Assembly (NCBI GenBank): GCA_963674945.2
Contig: CAXXWQ010000004.1
Location: 2,976,001-3,040,000, forward strand
Length of the DNA stretch: 64,000 bases
Origin: an uncultured Desulfosarcina sp.
GTDB taxonomy: Bacteria; Desulfobacterota; Desulfobacteria; Desulfobacterales; Desulfosarcinaceae
Reading direction: 5' to 3'
This document shows, piece after piece, positions 11,879-20,567 of this stretch (its first letter is position 1; each line of letters begins with the position of its first letter). A program made the position numbers and the translations under genes. A model generated the notes under the pieces. The model had not been told where the DNA came from, made no database searches, and was given only the letters and a program-made list of their open reading frames with translations.

Positions 11879-14212
11879 CTATCCGATGGGTGTGTTCTCT
11901 ACCAAATCCCATATCCCGCACGGACAAGCCCCGGCACAAAACCCGCAGCCGATGCAGCGGGCAGGATCCACCGTGTATTCGAAGGCAATCTCGTCGATGG
12001 CCCTTCGGCTGATGGCCGCCTCCGGGCACATGGCCACACAGATGCCGCAATCCCGGCAACTGCCGCAAGACGAGCACTGGGAGCCGCAATGGTCTAAATT
12101 TTCATACTCGATAAGCCGCGGATCCAAATACTCCAGGGAAACACGATTGATATCGATGACCATCTTGCGGTCGGCACCGGGTCGTTTTCCGGCAAGGATC
12201 TCGGCGATGGTTTCCGCAGCTCGCCTGCCGGCGCCGATGGCATCGGTGAGCAGGCCGGGTCGCACCAGGTCGCCGATGGCGTAAACCTTGGGATTGGATG
12301 TCTGGTAGTCGTCGTTGACCACGACGAAGCCCCTCTCCGTGGCCACGTCCTCGGGCAGAAAATCCAGGTCCGGCGCGTCACCGATGGAGATGATCACGGT
12401 ATCGGCACCGATCACCTCGCCGGTATCGGTCTCCACGCCCGCTTCGGTGATCTTCTTGGAAAAGACCGGCCAGCGGAATTTGGCCCCGACGGCCTCGGCA
12501 TCCTCCCGCTCCTTACCGAAACTGGCCGGCTCCTGGACGTCCAGCAGGGTAATCTGTTCGGCACCCATTCGTGCCGCTTCGGTGGCCACGTCACAGCCCA
12601 CGTTGCCGGCACCGATGATCACCACCCGGCGACCCGGCTTGGCTTGATCCTTCTTTGCATCGGTCAGAAAATCCGTGGCCGTGATCAGTCGTTCGTTGCC
12701 CGGGATGGGCAGGGTCCTGGGTTTCTGGGCACCGGCGGCGAGAATCACGAAATCGTAATCGGCGACGAGGTGTGCCGTTTCGGTTCTGTCCAGCTTCTGT
12801 TGGAGGTGAACATGGGGAATCACCTCGGCGGCTCGGTCCAATTCCTTTTTTACCACCTCGGCGGGAATGCGGGTGCTGGGAATCACCGAGGCGATCTTGC
12901 CGCCCAGGGTCGGGTGATTGTCGAATACCACTGCCTCGTGTCCCAGGCGTCTGAGCTGCCAGGCCGTGGAGATACCGGCCGGCCCGCCACCGATGACGGC
13001 GATGCGCTTGCCGGATAGCGCCGGCAAATCCGGTGTCTTGGCATCGATGCTGGCCCGTCCCAATTGGGAAACATCCACCGGTGTCATGAAGGCCGATGTT
13101 TTGGTGCAGGCGGTCATGCAGGGATGGGGACAAAGATATCCGCAGACGGTTGCCGGAAAAGGGGTAAAGGCCAGGGCCAGGTCCACCGCCTCATCCACGC
13201 GGCCTTCCCTGACCAGTCGCCACCGTTCCTGCACCGGTATGCCCGACGGGCAGGTGTTTTCACAAGGCGCCTTGTATTTTCGATTCTCCCAGACCGGGAC
13301 GAAGCGCCTCAGGTCGCCTTTGGTGATCAACGGGATGGGGCTGCGGTCGATGTCGGTCAGGTCGCCGACGATGCCCCCTTTACCCAGCTTCTTGTCCCAG
13401 ACGTTCTCCCTGAATTCGGCCATGGAGCGGCGTTTGATGCCGAGTTTCTCCTGGGGAGAACGGGCGGCGATCATTTGCCATTCGTCCCGAACCGTCAGGG
13501 TCTCGAATAATTCCATGCGGTCGATGGCGGTCAGGAATCCCTTGAGCCCGTCGACCAGCCATGTCCATGTCTCTTCATCGATGGGTTTCATTTTGGCATC
13601 GGCATGGCTGAAGCCCTTGTGGGGGCCGCGGAACAAGACCTTTCCGCCGACCATTCCCACCATGGGGCGGTAGCCCAGCACGTTTTCCGGATTCTGGGGC
13701 CGGTGACCGCAGATCACGGCAATGCCGCCGGCCATGAACTCGGCGAAATAGTCACCGGCGCTTCCCAGGACCCACAGCTCGGGGGGCTCGAAGCGTGGAT
13801 TTTGTTTGGTCATGGTCATTCCCCGGGCACCGATATTGCCGCCGACGTAAACGACACCCTGGGCCATGCCGTTGGCCACACCATTGGACGCGTGACCGTG
13901 GACCGTGATGGCGGCGCCGGCGTTGAGCCATCCTACATCGTCCGAGGACGGTCCCATCACATCGATGCGCGTGCCCGGGTACCCCATGGACCCCACCCGC
14001 TGGCCGGGATTGCCCTCGATGGTCACGAAAAGGGGCTCCCCGTTGGTCTTCCAAAGCCGACCGCCGATGCCGTGTTGGCCGAAGGCCTGGATGGTCAAAT
14101 GACGATGGCCCGCTTCCACGGCTCTCTGGATTTTCTCTTCAAGGACCCGTGAATCCAGGCGCACGCCGTCCTGTTTTCCCGATATCGTAAATGGTTGTGT
14201 GATTTCACTCAT
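11879..14212 (-). CDS. Glutamate synthase subunit: GXGXG (GltB C-terminal) domain fused to GltD-like FAD/NAD(P)H oxidoreductase and 2x4Fe-4S ferredoxin
   Basis: N-terminal Gly-rich beta-helix (GDYFAEFMAGG); APCENTCP, CGYLCPHPC, IGGGPAG, IGAGNVGCD; C-terminal CxxCxxCxxxCP twice. Confidence 0.9.
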   Translation of the reverse strand: MSEITQPFTISGKQDGVRLDSRVLEEKIQRAVEAGHRHLTIQAFGQHGIGGRLWKTNGEPLFVTIEGNPGQRVGSMGYPGTRIDVMGPSSDDVGWLNAGAAITVHGHASNGVANGMAQGVVYVGGNIGARGMTMTKQNPRFEPPELWVLGSAGDYFAEFMAGGIAVICGHRPQNPENVLGYRPMVGMVGGKVLFRGPHKGFSHADAKMKPIDEETWTWLVDGLKGFLTAIDRMELFETLTVRDEWQMIAARSPQEKLGIKRRSMAEFRENVWDKKLGKGGIVGDLTDIDRSPIPLITKGDLRRFVPVWENRKYKAPCENTCPSGIPVQERWRLVREGRVDEAVDLALAFTPFPATVCGYLCPHPCMTACTKTSAFMTPVDVSQLGRASIDAKTPDLPALSGKRIAVIGGGPAGISTAWQLRRLGHEAVVFDNHPTLGGKIASVIPSTRIPAEVVKKELDRAAEVIPHVHLQQKLDRTETAHLVADYDFVILAAGAQKPRTLPIPGNERLITATDFLTDAKKDQAKPGRRVVIIGAGNVGCDVATEAARMGAEQITLLDVQEPASFGKEREDAEAVGAKFRWPVFSKKITEAGVETDTGEVIGADTVIISIGDAPDLDFLPEDVATERGFVVVNDDYQTSNPKVYAIGDLVRPGLLTDAIGAGRRAAETIAEILAGKRPGADRKMVIDINRVSLEYLDPRLIEYENLDHCGSQCSSCGSCRDCGICVAMCPEAAISRRAIDEIAFEYTVDPARCIGCGFCAGACPCGIWDLVENTPIG

Positions 14213-14215
14213 CTT

Positions 14216-15850
14216 TTACACCACATATTTGATTTTTAAACGCTCGGCGGCCTGGTAGTCACTGATGCCCAGGGCATCGGACATGCCGATGGGAAGTGCC
14301 GTGGACCGGCCCAGGGGGGCCATGATCTTCTTCAGTTCCGTATCGAAGGCAAGAAAGAGATCCACGACCCGCTCGGCCACCTTCTCCACATCCAGTCGGC
14401 GATAGAGGCGCGGATCCTGGGAGGTGATGCCCCGGGGGCAACGGCCGATATTGCAGATGTTGCACCGGTCGGACTCCGAGCCCAGACATCCGGCGGCGGC
14501 CTGCATGATGTATTTTCCCGTTTGTACGCCACTGGCACCCAGCATGATCAGTGCCGCGGCATTTGCGGCCAGGTTCCCCCTTTTCCCGACACCACCGCCG
14601 GCGAACAGGGGAATCTCGTTTTGCATTCCTACCTCCACCAGGTTCAGGTAACCGTCCCGGATGTTGGTGGCGATGGGGTGGCCCATGTGGTCCATGGAAA
14701 CATTGTACGCTGCGCCGGTACCGCCGTCCTCGCCGTCGATGGCAAGGCCCGCTGCATAGGGGTTGCGGGTGAGGTTGTTGAGGACCGCCATTGCCGTAGA
14801 AGTGGCTGAAATTTTTGGGTAAACTGGCACCCTGAAGCCCCATGCCATATACATGGACTGGATCATCTTGGCCACGGACTCCTCGATGGAGTACTTGGTC
14901 TGATGGGTGGGCGGGCTGGGCAGGCTCACGCCGGGAGGAACACCGCGGATGGCGGCGATCAGTTTGTTTACCTTATGCCACATGAGAAGCCCCCCGTCAC
15001 CGGGCTTGGCCCCCTGGCCGTACTTGATCTCCACGGCGCATGGATCCTCCACCATCTCGGGAATGGCATGGATGATTTCGTCCCAGCCGAAGTAACCGCT
15101 GGCGATCTGCAGGATCACGTATTTGAGAAAGGGGCTTCGCAGCAGCCGGGGGGGGCAGCCGCCTTCGCCGGTACACATGCGGACCGGCATGCCCAGTTCC
15201 TCGTTGAGATAGGCGACTCCCATTTGCAGCCCTTCCCACATGTTGGGAGAGAGGGCTCCGAAGCTCATGCCGCCGATGATCAGCGGATAGATCTCCCGGA
15301 CTGGTGGGATCCACCCATTCTCATTCAAAAACTGCAGAGTCTTCTCTGGTGGCAAAATCCGGCCCAGAAGTGTCCGAAGCTCGAATTCATGACGCCCGGC
15401 ATCCAACGCCGGATCGGTGAGCATGGAGATCCGGATGAACTTGATCTGGTCGAGGATGCCGCCGGGCACGTTCCGGCGACCACCGCGTCTTCGGGGCTGG
15501 CCGCCGCGGTTGATATGGAATCGCAGTTTGTCTACCTCGTCCGACCGTACGGGGATGATGGCATCGTTGGGACAGACAAGGCTGCAGGTGGCGCATCCGA
15601 CGCAGGCATAGGCCGGATCGGTTTTCTGACGGATGCCGTGGTAGACCTCGAAACTGGAAGAGGGGTTGCCCTGTGGCTCCAGCGACACCTTGATCCGTCT
15701 TTTCCGAAATACGCCCAATTCGATTGCGTTGACCGGACAGACCGCCGTGCAACGTCCGCAAAGGGAGCATTTGTCCTTGTGCCAGAGAATCTGCCAGGGC
15801 AGGTCCTTTACGCTTAGTGTAGAGGGGGTAATGGTTGCATTTGGTTGCAT
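14216..15850 (-). CDS. Glutamate synthase FMN-binding subunit with N-terminal ferredoxin domain
   Basis: CSLCGRCTAVCP and CVGCATCSLVCP; GMSFGALS, TGEGG, QIASG, EIKYGQGAKPGDGG, CPRGITSQDP. Confidence 0.93.
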   Translation of the reverse strand: MQPNATITPSTLSVKDLPWQILWHKDKCSLCGRCTAVCPVNAIELGVFRKRRIKVSLEPQGNPSSSFEVYHGIRQKTDPAYACVGCATCSLVCPNDAIIPVRSDEVDKLRFHINRGGQPRRRGGRRNVPGGILDQIKFIRISMLTDPALDAGRHEFELRTLLGRILPPEKTLQFLNENGWIPPVREIYPLIIGGMSFGALSPNMWEGLQMGVAYLNEELGMPVRMCTGEGGCPPRLLRSPFLKYVILQIASGYFGWDEIIHAIPEMVEDPCAVEIKYGQGAKPGDGGLLMWHKVNKLIAAIRGVPPGVSLPSPPTHQTKYSIEESVAKMIQSMYMAWGFRVPVYPKISATSTAMAVLNNLTRNPYAAGLAIDGEDGGTGAAYNVSMDHMGHPIATNIRDGYLNLVEVGMQNEIPLFAGGGVGKRGNLAANAAALIMLGASGVQTGKYIMQAAAGCLGSESDRCNICNIGRCPRGITSQDPRLYRRLDVEKVAERVVDLFLAFDTELKKIMAPLGRSTALPIGMSDALGISDYQAAERLKIKYVV

Positions 15851-16944
15851 ATGGTGACCTCCTGGCGCTCCGGTCCGACGATGACCGTGTCCAGATGCAT
15901 GGGTTGAAAGTCTTTTCTCTTGTCTCGATCGGGAACCGCGTAGTCAAGGCCGCAAATTTCGGAAGAGAAGGCGTATCGCCCCGGCCGTCCGCCCACCACG
16001 CCGGGGCGAAGTTTCTTTCGGTCCTGTACCATGAAGAGGCTGTGATCCGGCAGACAACCGATGACGCAGTTGGGGCCGTCGATGATCAGTCTTCGGCAGG
16101 AATTTTTCAGCTGCTTCAGAAGTTGGGCGTCGTGGTGTTTGGCGATGGCCTCATCTTGCAACGGCGTGATGATGTGTTTATAGGCCGACACATCCAACCC
16201 CAGCTTGGTCTGGGTGTAATGCAGAATGTGGGTGAAGACTTCCGAGTCACTCTGGTATCCCGAATATCCGGGAAAATTGCGGGAGAGCAAAAACTCCCGG
16301 ATGGGGGTGAACGCCGTGTTTTCCCCATTGGTCATGGAAGCGTATCCCTGGATGAAAAAGGGATGGCAGGCGTACAAATTGATGGCGTAGTTGGTGTTTT
16401 GCCGTCCCTGGGCCATGATAACCCGTGCATGCAGCTCCTTGCGATCCAGCTTCAGGTAATTGGCCACCTGCAGCGGATCACCGATCTCCTTGATCATGAT
16501 CACATCGGGCCAGAAGGAGAAGACGATCATGTCCTGTTTTTCCTCTCCCATTGCCCTGAGCGTCAGGCGGATCTCCAGCAATTTGTCATACAGGGCCTGT
16601 TCGGTGTAATCGTCCCACTCCTCGGGGTATTCATAGGCACGAATCAGATAGATGTCCCGCTTGGGAACGCCGGGCGGTGATGTCTTGGGAACCCGGATGG
16701 AGATCTTGTACTTGGTCATGAACCCGATATCCATCATGAAATCGTCGAGGCGTTTCAATCCCTCTTCGCTGAAAATCCCCGACAGGATGGGTGCGTTTTT
16801 CATCTCTTCGAAAGGTCCGCTCAGGTCGCGCAGAAACAACCCGACGCCGGAACCATCGTGACCTTCCCGCATGACATCCATGGCTTCCATGGCGATCATG
16901 GGGGAGACGGGGGTCTCACTGGTCATGGCAAACAGTCGGCACAT
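15814..16944 (-). CDS. Glutamate synthase glutamine amidotransferase (class II, Ntn) subunit
   Basis: N-terminal MCRLF nucleophile Cys; RQNTN, CHPF, NGEN, SDSEV, DRKKLRP; strong RBS AAGGAG. Confidence 0.92.
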   Translation of the reverse strand: MCRLFAMTSETPVSPMIAMEAMDVMREGHDGSGVGLFLRDLSGPFEEMKNAPILSGIFSEEGLKRLDDFMMDIGFMTKYKISIRVPKTSPPGVPKRDIYLIRAYEYPEEWDDYTEQALYDKLLEIRLTLRAMGEEKQDMIVFSFWPDVIMIKEIGDPLQVANYLKLDRKELHARVIMAQGRQNTNYAINLYACHPFFIQGYASMTNGENTAFTPIREFLLSRNFPGYSGYQSDSEVFTHILHYTQTKLGLDVSAYKHIITPLQDEAIAKHHDAQLLKQLKNSCRRLIIDGPNCVIGCLPDHSLFMVQDRKKLRPGVVGGRPGRYAFSSEICGLDYAVPDRDKRKDFQPMHLDTVIVGPERQEVTICNQMQPLPPLH

Positions 16945-16973
16945 GGTGGTTCACTCCTTTGGCTGCCGATGGT

Positions 16974-17007
16974 AAAAAGGCCGGCATTGACCTGTCAATG
17001 CCGGACC
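16974..17007 (-). terminator. Intrinsic terminator-like hairpin in the 5' leader of the glutamate synthase operon
   Basis: Minus strand GGTCCGGCATTGAC-AG-GTCAATGCCGGCC-TTTTT, lying between the sigma-54 promoter and the RBS. Confidence 0.65.
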
Positions 17008-17050
17008 CTGACAAACATTTGATTTTTTTTGCTTTATGTGACTCATCTAT

Positions 17051-17066
17051 AGCAAGTTGCGTACCA
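17051..17066 (-). promoter_or_regulatory. Sigma-54 (RpoN) -24/-12 promoter
   Basis: Minus strand TGGTACGCAACTTGCT; GG-N10-GC spacing, close to consensus TGGCACGNNNNTTGCW; about 110 bp upstream of a nitrogen assimilation operon. Confidence 0.8.
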
Positions 17067-17595
17067 TAATATAAATTTTGCGGAAATTCAACACCGTCAT
17101 CATCCAGGCAACCACTTTTGGATCGGTTTCGATTCGCAAAAGCGGACCTCTGCTGGGTTGAGACGCGTAATTCTGTCCCGCAGCAATCTTTCCATGCCTG
17201 TGCAATCATTTCCCCGTTGGCCATCACCTGCGGTAAAGCGCCGCCATTCTTTTCAAAATTGTAATAAATCGATCCGAAAAAATACAATATTGTAAAAAAC
17301 AAAAACCGCATTTGAAAACAGCGTAACCTGTCGAAAAAATACAGATCTTGGCACGATTTAAGAAAAATGGTAAAGCGTATTGTCATAGGAAAATCAGTAG
17401 TCAAAAGTCAATCCCCAGGAGCCAGAAGAAAGATGAGGTCGCTTCGCTCCGTCGAGTTTATGTTTTGGCTTGAGCCGAGGGCGAAAACCTGATTCTGACT
17501 ACTGACGCCTGAATTCCCTTGGAAATCGTATGGCATAACCACCAATTTTTACCTGTTCCAAAGGAACAAGCTGTCTGGACTGAAGAAAGAACTCC

Positions 17596-20508
17596 ATGAC
17601 CGAATCGCCTGTCGAAAACCTGGATCGTCATCAGCGGGATCGCTGGTCCGCTTTTTGCCAAGCGGCCCAAGCCGCCCGTGCTTCATTTAACGAGGATGCA
17701 CAAAGCGCCAAGGCTCTTTTTCGGGCGTTCGGATTCAGCGATTTCGTAGCCGATGGCTGTATCGGCCATCCCGAAATGGCCTCGGAATTGATCCGAAGCG
17801 GTGATCTGGTAAGTCGCTACGATACCGATCATTTCCAAAAGTGCCTGTCGCGACGTCTCGAATCGCTGATAACGGACCGTCCGGATGCGCCGGTGGCGGA
17901 TCTCATACCCCCCTTGCAGGCGACCCTCCGATCCTTCCGCCGTCGTGAAATGGTTCGCATTGCCGTTCGTGACCTGGCCGGCCTCAGCGATCTGGACGAA
18001 ACCATGGCCGACCTGTCGGCGCTGGCTTCCGCCGCCATCGACGACGCCCTGGCCCTGTTGTACCAACAGATGACACGCACGGAAGGCACCCCGGCGGATG
18101 CGGCCGGCAACGAACAGAAGCTGGTGGTGATCGGCATGGGAAAACTGGGCGCGGGAGAACTCAATTTTTCTTCGGATGTGGACCTGATCTTCGCCTTTCC
18201 GGCCGTTGGCGAAACCCGGGGCGGAAAGGCGCCCTGCTCCAATCAGGATTTTTTCAGCCGGCTCTGTCGAACCCTGATTCAGGCCATCGGTGAAAATACC
18301 GACGACGGATTCGTATTTCGCATGGACACCCGGCTTCGGCCATACGGTGACGGCGGCCCCCTGGTCATGAGCTTCGACCAAATGGAAGACTATTACCAGT
18401 CTCAGGGAAGGGAATGGGAGCGGTATGCACTGGTCAAGGCCGATGTGGTGGCCGGTGACCGGGATGCGGGCCGAATCCTTCTATATCGTCTCCGTCCCTT
18501 CGTCTATCGTCGATATCTCGATTTCGGCGTATTCGAATCCCTGCGGGAGATGAAACGAAAAATCAATGCCGAGGTGCGTCGCAAAAAGCTCCACGACAAC
18601 ATCAAGCTGGGGAGAGGCGGAATCCGGGAAATCGAATTTTTCGGTCAGATGTTCCAGCTGATCCGCGGCGGAGTGCTGCCCTCCCTTCAAAACCCGGCCA
18701 TTCAACCGGTGCTTGCCGTCCTGGAAAAAGAGGGAATCGTACCCGTGCCCGTATGCCGTGAACTGACATCGGCCTATCGCTTTCTTCGAATGGTGGAACA
18801 TCGACTCCAGGAGGCAAACGACCAGCAGACCCATGCACTGCCGTCGCAACCGGTGGACATGCTCCGGCTGGCCCGATCCATGGGCTTTACCGCCCAAGAA
18901 GAGTTCGAAAAGATCCTTACGGATCATCGGGGCCGGGTCCGGAGCCACTTCGACGGACTGCTGGCCACCGCCGAAACGGATGCCGTCTCGGACCAAGGGG
19001 AATCCTGCGATATCTCCCTTTTGGTCGATGCATGGAATCTATCCGTCTCTACGGAGGAACGTCGGAAGCTATTGGCGGCCGCCGGTTTCAAAGATGCTGC
19101 CACAGCCGTGGATCTGCTGGAAAAATTCAAAACCGAACCGGCTACCCGATCGTTGAGCAGTACGGGCAAAGGCCGGCTGGACCGGTTGATGCCACGGGTG
19201 CTGCAGGCCATTGGCAGTTGTGAGGCGCCGGAGACGGTACTCGGGCGGGTACTCGATCTGCTCAAACAGATCCAACAGCGAACCAGCTACCTTTCATTGC
19301 TGGTGGAATATCCCAATGCCCTGGTTCATCTGATACGGCTGGTAAGCGCCAGTCCCTGGATCGCCGCTTTCCTGCGCCGCCATCCGGTATTGCTCGACGA
19401 GCTGTTGGACCCGCGCTCCCTTTACAAACCTCCCGGCCGCGAAGCGCTTCGGTCCGGTCTCGAACGACATCTTTCCGCTGTGGCCGACGATGATCCGGAG
19501 TATCAGATCGAATCACTGTGCATATTTCGGCAGGTCAATACGTTGCGGGTTGCCGCATCGGACATCACCAGCGTCTTGCCGTTGATGAAGGTGAGCGATC
19601 ATCTTTCCTGGATCGCCGAAACCATCTTGGACAAGGTAGTACAGATCTCCTGGAACCATCTGGAGAAGAGACATGGCCGGCCCTCTTGCTCATTCAAGGG
19701 AAAGGCCTGCGAAAAGGGCTTCGCCGTCATCGGTTACGGGAAATTGGGGGGAATCGAACTGGGGTACGCCTCGGACCTGGACCTTGTCTTTCTCCATGCC
19801 GCCGATCCCGGTGAAACCGTAGGGGGAAAACAATCCATTGACAATTCACACTTTTTCGCGAGACTTGGGCAACGGGTTGTCCACATGCTCACCACCCACA
19901 CCGCAGCCGGCGCCCTCTACGAGACCGACATGCGGCTTCGTCCCAGCGGCAGTTCGGGGCTTCTGGTCAGCCACGTGGACGGATTCGAAACCTACCAGTT
20001 GAAAGAGGCGTGGACCTGGGAGCACCAGGCCCTTATCCGTGCCCGGCCCATCGTCGGAGATGTCGCTCTCATGGACGCCTTTCGTGCCATTCGAAAAAAA
20101 GTACTATGCCTTCGGCGGGAGACGGTCCCCCTCAAGAAAGAGGTGGTGGAGATGCGAGAGCGAATGCGTGAAAGCCGGCTTGCGGGCGATCGAGACCGGT
20201 TCGATATCAAAGAAGATCCCGGTGCCATCGTGGACATCGAATTTCTCGTCCAGTACCTGGTATTGCGATTCGCCCACCGATATCCGGAAACGACCCGCTG
20301 GACCGACAACGTCCGGATCCTGCAGTCTCTGGCCGAAGCCGGCGTCATCGATGAGGTTACTGCATACCGGCTACGGCGCGCCTACCTGATTTTCAGGGCA
20401 GCCGCCCATCGTCTCAACCTTGCCGAGCGATCCACTCGGGTCGATGGTCGCCGCTTCGCTCACCTTGCCGTAGGTGTTCGTCGGGTCTGGAAGCGAATCC
20501 TATTGTAG
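17596..20508 (+). CDS. glnE: Bifunctional glutamine synthetase adenylyltransferase/deadenylyltransferase
   Basis: Two nucleotidyltransferase halves: GMGKLGAGELNFSSDVDL / GYGKLGGIELGYASDLDL; D(T/M)RLRP; GREWERYA; IKLGRGGIREIEF. Confidence 0.98.
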   Translation: MTESPVENLDRHQRDRWSAFCQAAQAARASFNEDAQSAKALFRAFGFSDFVADGCIGHPEMASELIRSGDLVSRYDTDHFQKCLSRRLESLITDRPDAPVADLIPPLQATLRSFRRREMVRIAVRDLAGLSDLDETMADLSALASAAIDDALALLYQQMTRTEGTPADAAGNEQKLVVIGMGKLGAGELNFSSDVDLIFAFPAVGETRGGKAPCSNQDFFSRLCRTLIQAIGENTDDGFVFRMDTRLRPYGDGGPLVMSFDQMEDYYQSQGREWERYALVKADVVAGDRDAGRILLYRLRPFVYRRYLDFGVFESLREMKRKINAEVRRKKLHDNIKLGRGGIREIEFFGQMFQLIRGGVLPSLQNPAIQPVLAVLEKEGIVPVPVCRELTSAYRFLRMVEHRLQEANDQQTHALPSQPVDMLRLARSMGFTAQEEFEKILTDHRGRVRSHFDGLLATAETDAVSDQGESCDISLLVDAWNLSVSTEERRKLLAAAGFKDAATAVDLLEKFKTEPATRSLSSTGKGRLDRLMPRVLQAIGSCEAPETVLGRVLDLLKQIQQRTSYLSLLVEYPNALVHLIRLVSASPWIAAFLRRHPVLLDELLDPRSLYKPPGREALRSGLERHLSAVADDDPEYQIESLCIFRQVNTLRVAASDITSVLPLMKVSDHLSWIAETILDKVVQISWNHLEKRHGRPSCSFKGKACEKGFAVIGYGKLGGIELGYASDLDLVFLHAADPGETVGGKQSIDNSHFFARLGQRVVHMLTTHTAAGALYETDMRLRPSGSSGLLVSHVDGFETYQLKEAWTWEHQALIRARPIVGDVALMDAFRAIRKKVLCLRRETVPLKKEVVEMRERMRESRLAGDRDRFDIKEDPGAIVDIEFLVQYLVLRFAHRYPETTRWTDNVRILQSLAEAGVIDEVTAYRLRRAYLIFRAAAHRLNLAERSTRVDGRRFAHLAVGVRRVWKRILL

Positions 20509-20567
20509 TTCGCAGGAGCTGCCGATAACAGGTACACACAAATTTTTGTCCGAAAAGGCCTTTTTGC

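Noticed and set aside
17349..17365. TGGCACG as a sigma-54 promoter for glnE
   Set aside because: Lacks the -12 GC at the required spacing.
16916..17404. 162-aa ORF in the GOGAT-glnE spacer and 211-aa ORF at 51320-51955
   Set aside because: Lie in divergent promoter regions, with non-protein-like composition and no convincing RBS.
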